From: Minisyncoccia bacterium
Lineage (GTDB): Bacteria > Patescibacteriota > Minisyncoccia > 2-02-FULL-40-12 > IGHO2-01-FULL-4-A
Assembly (NCBI GenBank): GCA_050015375.1
Contig: JBEKBN010000001.1
Location: 34,683-98,682 of the forward strand
Direction of reading: 5' to 3'
Length of the DNA: 64,000 nt
Under the pieces are notes generated by a model. That model made no database searches. It saw only the letters and a list, made by a program, of their open reading frames with translations, and was not told where the DNA came from. The translations under genes and the position numbers were made by a program. Positions within the stretch are counted from its first letter, which is position 1. The number at the start of each line of letters is the position of its first letter. Positions 50,856-59,009 of the stretch are shown here, one piece after another.

Positions 50856-51578
50856 CTATACTGAACTTGCAATATTATGTAAATTATCAACCCGTAAAGC
50901 AGAATATATTTTTTTAAACTTTCTTTCAAGCCTTGGCCCTGTTGCGTTGTGGTAAACCCTCTCAATTAAAATTTTAGCTTCTTTTTTTGCGTATTTCAAT
51001 TGATATGCACGACATGTCTTATTGTAGTAATCTATATGTCCGTGAACATTGCATAATGCCATTGTTCTGTCTCTGAGCCATTTTAAATGATTTAAACTTG
51101 CAGACACAAACGATAGATAGAACAAGAAACTCGAAGCCCAGCGCTTATCCCAATAAGAATAAAAACTTCCGTCACCGTCCAAACAACCCCTGAGAAAATC
51201 GAAGTAATACTTATCCGGGATATCCAATTTTCCTAATATTTTTGATTTCGCTGGCATTAAACCAATCGAAAGTAAGAAATTATAGAAATTTTTATCTGTG
51301 AATTGCACGAAGTAATATTTTCGCTCCGGAGCAAAGCCGCTTTTCTTTAGGCACACCTTGCTATTTATTCCAAGGCATTTTTTAAATGTATCAATTTGGT
51401 CAATATCTTTTGACACAAAAACCATTGCCCTTCCATTTTTTGACAAGTTGCCATCTGTCGCAATTAGGCCTATAGCATACGCAAGTTTAGCTGACCATTC
51501 AGTAGATGTTCGTTTGAGCATCTTCATGCCATAATTATAACTCAAGCGGAAGCGTATAGCAATGCTCCCATTTAACAA
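50856..51578 (-). CDS. double-motif LAGLIDADG homing endonuclease
   Basis: Motif 1 LAYAIGLIATDGNL; motif 2 FLRGCLDGDGSF. 240 aa; ends 7 nt from the tRNA-Leu 5' end; AT-rich. Confidence 0.75.
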   Translation of the reverse strand: MLNGSIAIRFRLSYNYGMKMLKRTSTEWSAKLAYAIGLIATDGNLSKNGRAMVFVSKDIDQIDTFKKCLGINSKVCLKKSGFAPERKYYFVQFTDKNFYNFLLSIGLMPAKSKILGKLDIPDKYYFDFLRGCLDGDGSFYSYWDKRWASSFLFYLSFVSASLNHLKWLRDRTMALCNVHGHIDYYNKTCRAYQLKYAKKEAKILIERVYHNATGPRLERKFKKIYSALRVDNLHNIASSV

Positions 51579-51593
51579 CCTAACTGGGTAACT

Positions 51594-52013
51594 TTATTTT
51601 TCGGCTTCTTGAGAAGAGGGTTCGGATTCGGTCCGTTGGCCAACAGATGGTTCAATGATCTTCACTTTCCGGCGGGTTTCGCGGGCGGACTTGGTGCGAA
51701 GATAATAGAGTTTGGCTTGTCGGACTTTGGAAGTTTTAGCTATCTCAAATTTTTCAATTGTCGGCAGATGCAACGGAAAAACCCGCTCCACTCCAATGCC
51801 GTTAGAAACTTTCCGGACAGTGATGGTTGCATTGGGTCCGGAGCCGTGTTTGCGAGCGATGACCATGCCCTCAAAAACCTGAACCCTGGTTTTGGCGCCC
51901 TCCTTGATGCGCTGGTGGACTTTCAGTGTGACTCCGGGCCGGATATCCGAAAACGCGCTTCCTTTCGGATCGGTGGCGGTTGTTTTCGTATTGAATGTTT
52001 GAATCTGATCCAT
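51594..52013 (-). CDS. rplS: 50S ribosomal protein L19
   Basis: [91 protein letters not shown]; ATG 52013 checked. Confidence 0.85.
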   Translation of the reverse strand: MDQIQTFNTKTTATDPKGSAFSDIRPGVTLKVHQRIKEGAKTRVQVFEGMVIARKHGSGPNATITVRKVSNGIGVERVFPLHLPTIEKFEIAKTSKVRQAKLYYLRTKSARETRRKVKIIEPSVGQRTESEPSSQEAEK

Positions 52014-52056
52014 TATTTTTCTCCAATTAAATCGGTCTTTGCATCTTATCCTAAAA

Positions 52057-52866
52057 TCAATTTTTTGGCAAATTGTCCAAAAAGTTTTGTAATTCCGGCG
52101 GCAGGTCGGTTTCAAGGGTCAATGCTTCGCCAGATGGCGTTCCCCCACTACCAACATTTTGGTGTGGGGGTAAAGTGAATGATAGTTTTTGAGCGTGAAG
52201 AAAAAGCCGTCCAAGTTCGGGCGGACAGCCTTCGCTCGATTTCGAGCTTCGGCGAGGCGAAGACAAACTGGAACCATAAAGTTGATCACCGACAATCGGG
52301 TGGCCGATGGATTTCAAGTGGATTCTGATTTGATGGGTGCGCCCTGTTAGAGGTCTTACCTCTAACAGGGTAAAGCCGGTAAACTCTTTTTCAACTTTAT
52401 ATTCGGTGACCGCTGATTTTTCTTTTAAGTCCCTTTTACCGTGAATTTGGGTGGTTTGTTTGGTGCCAATCTTGCCGATAGATGTTTCGATTCTGCCGGA
52501 TTCTTTTTTCATTTGGCCGACGACTAGAGCAATATATGTTTTCTTGATCTTGTGTTCTTGAAATTCTTTTTTCAGATAATCAAAAGCCGGCTGGGTTTTG
52601 GCAATTATCATCAAACCTGACGTCTCTTTATCTAGACGATGAACGATTCCTGGCCGCAAATCAACCCATTGGCCGAGCATCTCGCCATGTTTATCGGTGA
52701 CATTTTTGATCTCCGGATATTTTTCCAAAACCCAACTGACCACGCTTTCCGAGGTATCCGTCCGATTGACCGGATGCGTCAAAAGCCCCGATGGTTTATT
52801 GATGACCATTAAGTCATCATCCTCGTAAACAATTGAAATGTGAGATAATTCTGGTATCATGTTCAT
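52057..52866 (-). CDS. RluA-family 23S rRNA pseudouridine synthase (RluD-like)
   Basis: [16 protein letters not shown] (catalytic Asp) and [18 protein letters not shown] motifs. The conserved LLEVRPLTG is encoded by a perfect 12-bp palindrome. Confidence 0.85.
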   Translation of the reverse strand: MNMIPELSHISIVYEDDDLMVINKPSGLLTHPVNRTDTSESVVSWVLEKYPEIKNVTDKHGEMLGQWVDLRPGIVHRLDKETSGLMIIAKTQPAFDYLKKEFQEHKIKKTYIALVVGQMKKESGRIETSIGKIGTKQTTQIHGKRDLKEKSAVTEYKVEKEFTGFTLLEVRPLTGRTHQIRIHLKSIGHPIVGDQLYGSSLSSPRRSSKSSEGCPPELGRLFLHAQKLSFTLPPHQNVGSGGTPSGEALTLETDLPPELQNFLDNLPKN

Positions 52867-53220
52867 AGTTCATATTTTGGAGGATTTTATGATCATTTCA
52901 CCTTGTAACGGATTAAGAAAATGCTGGCGACATCCCGGCGGATGCGCTCGGATTGTTATTGATCCGCGGGATGAATACGCCACTCGTATGCGAAATAAAG
53001 CAAGGCGACGTCGTTTATGGCATATCGTTTTGGAACAATATCGAATTTGTAAAAAGTGGCGCTTAAATCCAATCCCGCCAGAACTTCATTTGCAAGTTGT
53101 TCTTCTTTTGGAACAAGTTCAAATGGAAACGGAACAGAGATTTTTAGAGAAGGAACAAGGAAAAAGTAATGGTTAAAATTAACTCATCCTGACCAGTTTA
53201 TCTGGTCTTTTTCATTTGTG

Positions 53221-53292
53221 TGGGCAGTGTAGGAATCGGACCTACGGCCTTTTGTGTGTAAAACAAACGTTCTGCCACTGAACTAACTGCCC
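53221..53292 (-). tRNA. tRNA-Val (anticodon TAC), T-loop TCCGATT
   Basis: Acceptor GGGCAGT/ACTGCCC, D-arm GTTC-AGTGGCA-GAAC, anticodon loop TTTACAC, T-arm GTAGG-TCCGATT-CCTAC, discriminator A. Confidence 0.7.
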
Positions 53293-53297
53293 AATTG

Positions 53298-53371
53298 TGC
53301 GCGTGCCTGGACTCGAACCAGGGACCCCGTCTTTATAAGAGACGTGCTCTAACCGACTGAGCTACACGCGC
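53298..53371 (-). tRNA. tRNA-Ile (anticodon TAT; reads AUA)
   Basis: Acceptor GCGCGTG/CACGCGC, D-arm GCTC-AGTCGGTTA-GAGC (Ile-like), anticodon arm CGTCT-CTTATAA-AGACG, T-arm CCTGG-TTCGAGT-CCAGG, discriminator A. Confidence 0.6.
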
Positions 53372-53430
53372 ATCACGTTCAATAAAATCATAGATTTTTT
53401 CGGAGAATTGGTCAATCCAACAACCAGATT

Positions 53431-53687
53431 GCGCCCGTTAGTTTCGAGAGTACCGTCGAAGCCGCAGTCCCGATTTGCGTAATCGCAAATCGCGGACGTC
53501 CGAGCAAGGTGTCGTGTTGTAATTTCCGCAGAGCGAAGCGGGTGGGAAATTACAACACGACGAGGACGGCGAGACGATAAGTGGAGACTTCATCTATTGA
53601 GCCGAGGATTGTCAGCAGACAAACGAGGCGAAATGATGTTCCCGCTGGGAACATAGAGTCGGAACGTCTCGAGAAACCAACAGGCGC
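53431..53687 (-). ncRNA. candidate structured ncRNA / structured repeat, copy B (homologue of 35586-35799); between ftsH stop and tRNA-Ile
   Basis: Minus-strand sequence aligns block-for-block with copy A. Larger variable hairpins: 17-bp stem GTCGTGTTGTAATTTCC/GGAAATTACAACACGAC and CCGCGATTTGCG-ATTA-CGCAAATCGGG. Closing stem GTTTCGAGAG/CTCTCGAAAC plus CCCGTTAG-like termini. Abuts the ftsH stop codon. Confidence 0.5.
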
Positions 53688-53689
53688 AA

Positions 53690-55513
53690 TTATGCCTTGA
53701 CCAATTCGTAGAACTCTTTTTGCTCGATGGTCTCTTTTTCCATGAGAACCCCGGCAATGCGCTCAAGAATTTCCATTTTTTTTGTCAGAACCTCTTTAGC
53801 TTTTTTGTGGCCATTCTCAATCAGACGGCTTATTTCGGAATCAATGAGATTAGCTGTGGCTTCGGAATAATCATGATCGGTATTGAGGTCTTTGCCCAGA
53901 AATACCAATTCTTCTTTTTCGCCGAAAGTCACCGGCCCGATCTTCTCCGACATGCCGTATTGGGTGACCATTTTTCGGGCAAGTTCGGAAGCGACTTTGA
54001 GGTCGTTGGCGGCGCCGGTGGTCAGCTCATTGAATTTTAATTGCTCGGCGGTATAGCCGGCAAGTAAGATCGCCAACTCGGATTCAAATTCCGAACGTGA
54101 ACGCAAATGTTTGTCCTCGGTCGGCAATTTCAGAGTATAACCGCCAGCTCGGCCGCGCGAGACGATCGAGACTTTGTGGATCGGGTCGGCGTGAGGCACC
54201 GAGACCGTGACCAAAGCATGGCCGGCTTCGTGAAAAGCGGCGATATTTTTTTCTTTCTCGCTGAAAATGTGCGACCGGCGCTCGGGACCGAGAATGACCT
54301 TTTCAATGGCTTCGAACAAATTGTCCTGGGTAATTTCTTTTTGATTTTTTCTGGCGGCCAGGATCGCGCCTTCATTTATCAAATTTGCCAGATCAGCGCC
54401 GGAAAATCCGGGTGTTCTTTCGGCGACCTTGCGAAGATCAATGCTTTTGGCCAAAGGTTTGTCCTGAGCGTGGATCTTCAAGATCGCTTCGCGGTCGTTT
54501 ATCGAGGGTTCGTCAAGAATTATCCGGCGGTCGAAACGGCCTGGTCGGAGCAAAGCCGGATCAAGAATATCGGGCCTGTTAGTTGCCGCAAAAATGACCA
54601 CCGCTTCGTCGGTGCCAAAACCGTCCATCTCGACAAGGATCTGATTCAAAGTTTGTTCGCGCTCGTCATGGCCGCCGCCAAGTCCGGCCCCGCGATGTCG
54701 GCCGATGGCATCTATCTCGTCAATAAAAATTATCGAAGGCGCGGTTTTTTTCGCCGTTTCAAAAGTATCGCGGACACGTTGGGCGCCGACGCCGACGAAC
54801 ATTTCCACGAATTCAGAGCCAGAAACATAGTAGAAAGGGACAGCGGCTTCGTTAGCGACAGCTTTGGCCAGGAGCGTTTTGCCCGTGCCTGGGGCGCCGA
54901 CAAGTAAAATTCCCCGCGGCATGCGGGCGCCAAGTTTTTGGAATCTCCTCGGATCGCGCAAGAATTCAACCATCTCGTTGACCTCTTCCTTGGCTTCCAC
55001 CAAGCCGGCCACATCCTTGAAAGTGATCTTCTTTTTTCCGTCACCCTCGCCGCCGGCGATCTTGGCTTTTGATTTGCCGAAGGAGAAGGCCGTGGCCGCG
55101 CCCCGCTGGGCCTGGCGGAAAAAGAACCAGAAGATCAACAGAACAAAAAGAAAAGGCAGAACGATGGGTAGTACATTCGTCAAAAAAGCGGTCAGTCCCG
55201 ATTCATTTTTGATCTCAACATTAACCGCCGCCAATTTGGTTTTGTCGGCGCCAAGATTGGTCAAGCTGTCGCCGACGCCGACTCCGGTTTCCTTTTTGGA
55301 GGCCTCCTGGGTGTTGTCGTTGAGAACGATTGTGAGGTTGTCGGTCTGGACGGAGATACTTTTAACTTTGCCATCATTGATCTGGCCGACGACCGTGCTC
55401 AAGGTGACATTGCTGACTTTGCTTGCCGGCGGGGATTGGAAAAGCGCAAAAACCCCCGAAACGACGATCAGTATGACGAAAACTATAAGGATGTATTTGA
55501 TAAGGGATCTCAT
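53690..55513 (-). CDS. ftsH: ATP-dependent zinc metalloprotease FtsH
   Basis: TM anchors; Walker [16 protein letters not shown]; Walker [10 protein letters not shown]; SRH; zinc-binding HEAGHAL. Confidence 0.95.
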   Translation of the reverse strand: MRSLIKYILIVFVILIVVSGVFALFQSPPASKVSNVTLSTVVGQINDGKVKSISVQTDNLTIVLNDNTQEASKKETGVGVGDSLTNLGADKTKLAAVNVEIKNESGLTAFLTNVLPIVLPFLFVLLIFWFFFRQAQRGAATAFSFGKSKAKIAGGEGDGKKKITFKDVAGLVEAKEEVNEMVEFLRDPRRFQKLGARMPRGILLVGAPGTGKTLLAKAVANEAAVPFYYVSGSEFVEMFVGVGAQRVRDTFETAKKTAPSIIFIDEIDAIGRHRGAGLGGGHDEREQTLNQILVEMDGFGTDEAVVIFAATNRPDILDPALLRPGRFDRRIILDEPSINDREAILKIHAQDKPLAKSIDLRKVAERTPGFSGADLANLINEGAILAARKNQKEITQDNLFEAIEKVILGPERRSHIFSEKEKNIAAFHEAGHALVTVSVPHADPIHKVSIVSRGRAGGYTLKLPTEDKHLRSRSEFESELAILLAGYTAEQLKFNELTTGAANDLKVASELARKMVTQYGMSEKIGPVTFGEKEELVFLGKDLNTDHDYSEATANLIDSEISRLIENGHKKAKEVLTKKMEILERIAGVLMEKETIEQKEFYELVKA

Positions 55514-55566
55514 AGCGGGGTTATTTTAACAAACCGATATTATTATGACAATAGACGAGAGCTGAA

Positions 55567-56556
55567 TTAAACATGGCGAGGATCAAAAAACTTTTCAGAC
55601 AGTCCGAGGTCGACAACTTGGGCTAATTCATCCCAACTTATCTTGGTAGGTTCGATGTCGGGGGTCGGCGTTGAGCCGCCATTTAGGATCGAATTCGTGG
55701 CGGTGTCGTAATACCAATTATTCACCTCCGAGATTCTACCGCTTTGGATTAGGTCGAATAACTTTGAAGACAATCCGATTCCGGCGTGTTCGGCCTCCCG
55801 GACTCGTATCAATGCGACAAGCGAGCGTAGGTCAATTCGTTTTGTCGGCCTGGTCAAAATATTGACGAACCCAGCTTCTCGGCGCTGGACCACCACATCG
55901 AATCTGCCCCCAATTTGAGACCTTAAATAACCGGGCATACCGATATTGTCAGATTCGATCATAATGATTTTTAATTTTTTATCCCTTTGTTTTGCCGCAA
56001 ACTCAACGACTTTTCCTTCCAATTTTTTTTGTTCAAGTTCATTCGGAAATTCTTCGAATCTCCTTTTTTCTTCGTTATAGTGGGCGGCGATAATCGGCAA
56101 TATGGTGTTAACTACGAAATTGGGGTTATCTGGATAGCTTTTGTTCAAAGCCGCGATCAGAGCCGAAAGACCGAAAGCGCGATCTATCGGGTCAGAAGAA
56201 ATCGTGCCTTTGCCGAAAAAATCATCCCGCTTGGCATATTCCAAAAGCTTTGTTAATGTTGGGTCGTCATTAATTTCTAAAAAATCAACAACCAGTTGCG
56301 AGGCCGTAATTTGGTGTTCCTTGTTGTGATGATCGAATCTCCCGCCGCCGGTATCTATGAGAATGTGACCCTCATTTTCGAATTCTTCGGCTGACTTTTC
56401 TTTGGGCACGATTGGCCAGATCTCGACTCGAGCATTTTCTATCCCGGAAAATTGTTTACTTCCGAATATTTTTAAAATAAAAATGGCCACAATGGTATCT
56501 GGCTGGGGACGGACGGGGAGAATGATCTTGTTGTATACTGCTTGACCGCCGCTCAT
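55567..56556 (-). CDS. hypothetical protein with DTGGGRFDHH motif (DHH-phosphoesterase-like?)
   Basis: ILIDTGGGRFDHHNKEH recalls DHH-family metal-binding motifs; otherwise unassigned. Internal ATG 56556 preferred over the track start. Confidence 0.35.
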   Translation of the reverse strand: MSGGQAVYNKIILPVRPQPDTIVAIFILKIFGSKQFSGIENARVEIWPIVPKEKSAEEFENEGHILIDTGGGRFDHHNKEHQITASQLVVDFLEINDDPTLTKLLEYAKRDDFFGKGTISSDPIDRAFGLSALIAALNKSYPDNPNFVVNTILPIIAAHYNEEKRRFEEFPNELEQKKLEGKVVEFAAKQRDKKLKIIMIESDNIGMPGYLRSQIGGRFDVVVQRREAGFVNILTRPTKRIDLRSLVALIRVREAEHAGIGLSSKLFDLIQSGRISEVNNWYYDTATNSILNGGSTPTPDIEPTKISWDELAQVVDLGLSEKFFDPRHV

Positions 56557-56648
56557 AACAATGCAATAATACCATGGACGATATATTGCGTCAAACACTG
56601 GCATATTGTCAACCCCGGAAGGGATGTTCTTTAATAAGAGGACTGATC

Positions 56649-57812
56649 ATGAATTCAACCGAATTCCTTGAGAAAATGGACGTATTCTTAGGAACTGGCT
56701 TATCACATGAGGGTAAATCGGAAGAAAAACGGGCCGCACTTAATCGCTTTCTTCAAAATAGCATGAATCGTTTGCGAAAGCTCGCTCTCGAATACAAAAG
56801 CCGCTTCTTCCTTGGTTTCGTATTTGAGGAGCTAGTCAGAAGCGAGACAAGCTATTGGCTTGATACTGATATTGAAAAGAAAGCCGAGCGATTCATCTTT
56901 CAGTGCCTAGAAAACCAGGATAACCTCGGGATATTAAGGACTGGATTGTGGCACATTCCTGATGCTCTTGGTTTTTCGGCAAAAGGAGGAAAGCTTTGCA
57001 TTAAGCGTATCATTGAGGCCAAGACCAGCCCCTATTTGATTGATATCCAACAGATCAGAGGCCATATCCTGGATGTTCAGAGAGTTGTTGAAAGCATCAC
57101 ATCAAGAACCGATCGTATCGCGCTGGATGATTTTTTTTCTGGGTTTGAGTTGGCGATTTCCGATAATCTTGAAAAAATCGTTGTCATTCCTGCCGGATCT
57201 AAAATTGTCAATGAGAAAGTCGGAATGTTAGAAAGCGAAGACTGGCAATTGGCCACCTCGATCTTCTCGCTTGATGAAACGATATTTATTACAAAAGAGC
57301 TTTTCCCAGAAGCCGGTACCCAATGGCTGGAATTCAAAGAAAAAAAAGAATCAACTCCCTTGGCTGGCCAAATTGAAAGGCCAAGCGACGAAGACAGATA
57401 TATTTTTTCAGGATTGATGGATCCTTCATTGAAAAGTTTGAACGGAATCATTGGTTTTTATTCATCGTTGCTTAGTCAGATATACGCTTCCTTGGGCAAG
57501 ATGATAAAACGCGAGGAACTCATGGAAGCGGCACTTATCTGGGTTTGTACCGATCGGATATTATTGAGACCAGAGACGGCAAGGGATATGTTCAGCTTGG
57601 AAGATATCAACGAATCAGGAGAAGTCGAAAATTTCGATTTGCCAGACAGATTTCGGCGGTTACTCTTGAGTTTGAAGCGATATTTTGTCAACGACAAGGA
57701 CGCGACCCGCGTAATTATGAGGTTGTACGATATTTACCTGGAAATCAGGGAAGAAGTCGATGAGATCAATCCGGAACTTGTCACGGTTGAAGACGCCCTT
57801 CAGTTTATATGA
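56649..57812 (+). CDS. hypothetical protein (possible N-terminal P-loop GLSHEGKS)
   Basis: Start MNSTEFLEKMDVFLGTGLSHEGKSEEK; the GxxxxGKS-like string is weak. No other motif recognised. Confidence 0.4.
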   Translation: MNSTEFLEKMDVFLGTGLSHEGKSEEKRAALNRFLQNSMNRLRKLALEYKSRFFLGFVFEELVRSETSYWLDTDIEKKAERFIFQCLENQDNLGILRTGLWHIPDALGFSAKGGKLCIKRIIEAKTSPYLIDIQQIRGHILDVQRVVESITSRTDRIALDDFFSGFELAISDNLEKIVVIPAGSKIVNEKVGMLESEDWQLATSIFSLDETIFITKELFPEAGTQWLEFKEKKESTPLAGQIERPSDEDRYIFSGLMDPSLKSLNGIIGFYSSLLSQIYASLGKMIKREELMEAALIWVCTDRILLRPETARDMFSLEDINESGEVENFDLPDRFRRLLLSLKRYFVNDKDATRVIMRLYDIYLEIREEVDEINPELVTVEDALQFI

Positions 57813-57881
57813 ATTGTTTCAAAAAAATTACCCCGCCGAGTCGGGACCAAATGGTCCGCGACTCGGCGGGGTGTTTATTTT

Positions 57882-58847
57882 TCACCTCCTGTGGAAGTTT
57901 TTGTTTTGTTGCACGTTTGCCGTCATGGCAGGTACCCGGCGAAGAACTAGCTGGACCAGTTCATTGTCGGATAATCCCGTCGGTGGGATGGCCGTATATT
58001 GCTTACTGCTGTTCAGCATGGCCGGCAATCTATTGTCAAAAAACCAGATACCGGGTTCACGACGCTTGAGTTCGTCGGCAAGCTGGGTCAGGTCGAAGCC
58101 CCGTCCCTGAATCGCCGCGTGGCCGGATGGATTTCTGAAAACGACCAACTGATGTCTTCGGACGATTTCTCGTCGGAGATAGCGGTCATTTTTTTCAAGA
58201 GCAACATGGACGCCCTTTCCAAAATCATTAAGCTTGAATCCTCTCTTGGCATCGACATCCAACCTGGCTCTTTTCTGTTCCGCTTTGGCTTTCGCATAGG
58301 CAGTTCGGAAATATTCGGACCGGCTTTTGACGACCGGTTCTTCAAGCCCGAGCGCCGCAAGCCGTTCTGAATAATCGGTAACCGTGAACTCTTGTTTGAG
58401 ATTAGGCACGGTTCCGGTATTTAGAAAAGCTGCGACGACATCGCCGACCGCTTCTACGACTTCCTTCGGGTCGTATCCGAGATCGTGCATTTCCCGAAGG
58501 GTCCAGACGATGCTTTCGTTGTTTCCCTTCAAAAAACCCGTCTGGTTGTTTTTGTTTACAAGATCGATCAATATTTGCAACGCCGGTGTTTTCGGAATTG
58601 CAAAGTCGATGACGATCGACTCCAGCGCCGACCCCGTTCCGCGAGTGTGATATTTGTCGTTTCCGATGTCAATCGGGACAACATTATTTTCCTTCCAGAT
58701 TCGAAGTATCTCTTCTGTCGGTTCGACATTGTCGTCCCAAAACTGAAACACCGGCAGGGGAATACCAAGATGCAATTCTAAGACCGCTTTTGCCGCAATC
58801 TTGTCAAACTGCGGTTCCTGAATCATGACTACGCCTGCTTTTTCCAC
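57882..58847 (-). CDS. hypothetical protein
   Basis: 321-aa ORF, normal GC, no motif recognised. Confidence 0.4.
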   Translation of the reverse strand: MEKAGVVMIQEPQFDKIAAKAVLELHLGIPLPVFQFWDDNVEPTEEILRIWKENNVVPIDIGNDKYHTRGTGSALESIVIDFAIPKTPALQILIDLVNKNNQTGFLKGNNESIVWTLREMHDLGYDPKEVVEAVGDVVAAFLNTGTVPNLKQEFTVTDYSERLAALGLEEPVVKSRSEYFRTAYAKAKAEQKRARLDVDAKRGFKLNDFGKGVHVALEKNDRYLRREIVRRHQLVVFRNPSGHAAIQGRGFDLTQLADELKRREPGIWFFDNRLPAMLNSSKQYTAIPPTGLSDNELVQLVLRRVPAMTANVQQNKNFHRR

Positions 58848-58942
58848 GCTAGCCTCCGATCCAAAAAAGTGAATAGCTAAATTGTCAAATTACCATCGCG
58901 AATCTATTATATCACCAAACTTATATGATGTCAAATCAATAT

Positions 58943-58978
58943 AAAAAAACACCCCATTGCTCTTGAGAGCAAGGGGTG
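58943..58978 (-). terminator. rho-independent terminator after the 667-aa gene
   Basis: CACCCCATTGCTC-TTGA-GAGCAAGGGGTG; on the minus strand it is followed by TTTTTTTATATTG. Confidence 0.6.
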
Positions 58979-59009
58979 GCACGGCTAAATTTACCGTGAC
59001 TAGAATGAG

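Noticed and set aside
52330-52372. Perfect 12-bp palindrome CCCTGTTAGAGGT-CTTA-CCTCTAACAGGG inside the rluA-family gene, very similar to the CCCGTTAGAGGT termini of the intergenic palindromic elements
   Set aside because: It encodes the universally conserved LLEVRPLTG motif in frame, so the palindrome is most simply a codon-choice coincidence. Not listed as an element copy, though it is a possible evolutionary source of the family.
52859-53176. 105-aa basic ORF between the rluA-family gene and the tRNA pair
   Set aside because: No Shine-Dalgarno sequence, Arg-rich low complexity, no motif; possibly a real small protein but unsupported. Left unannotated.
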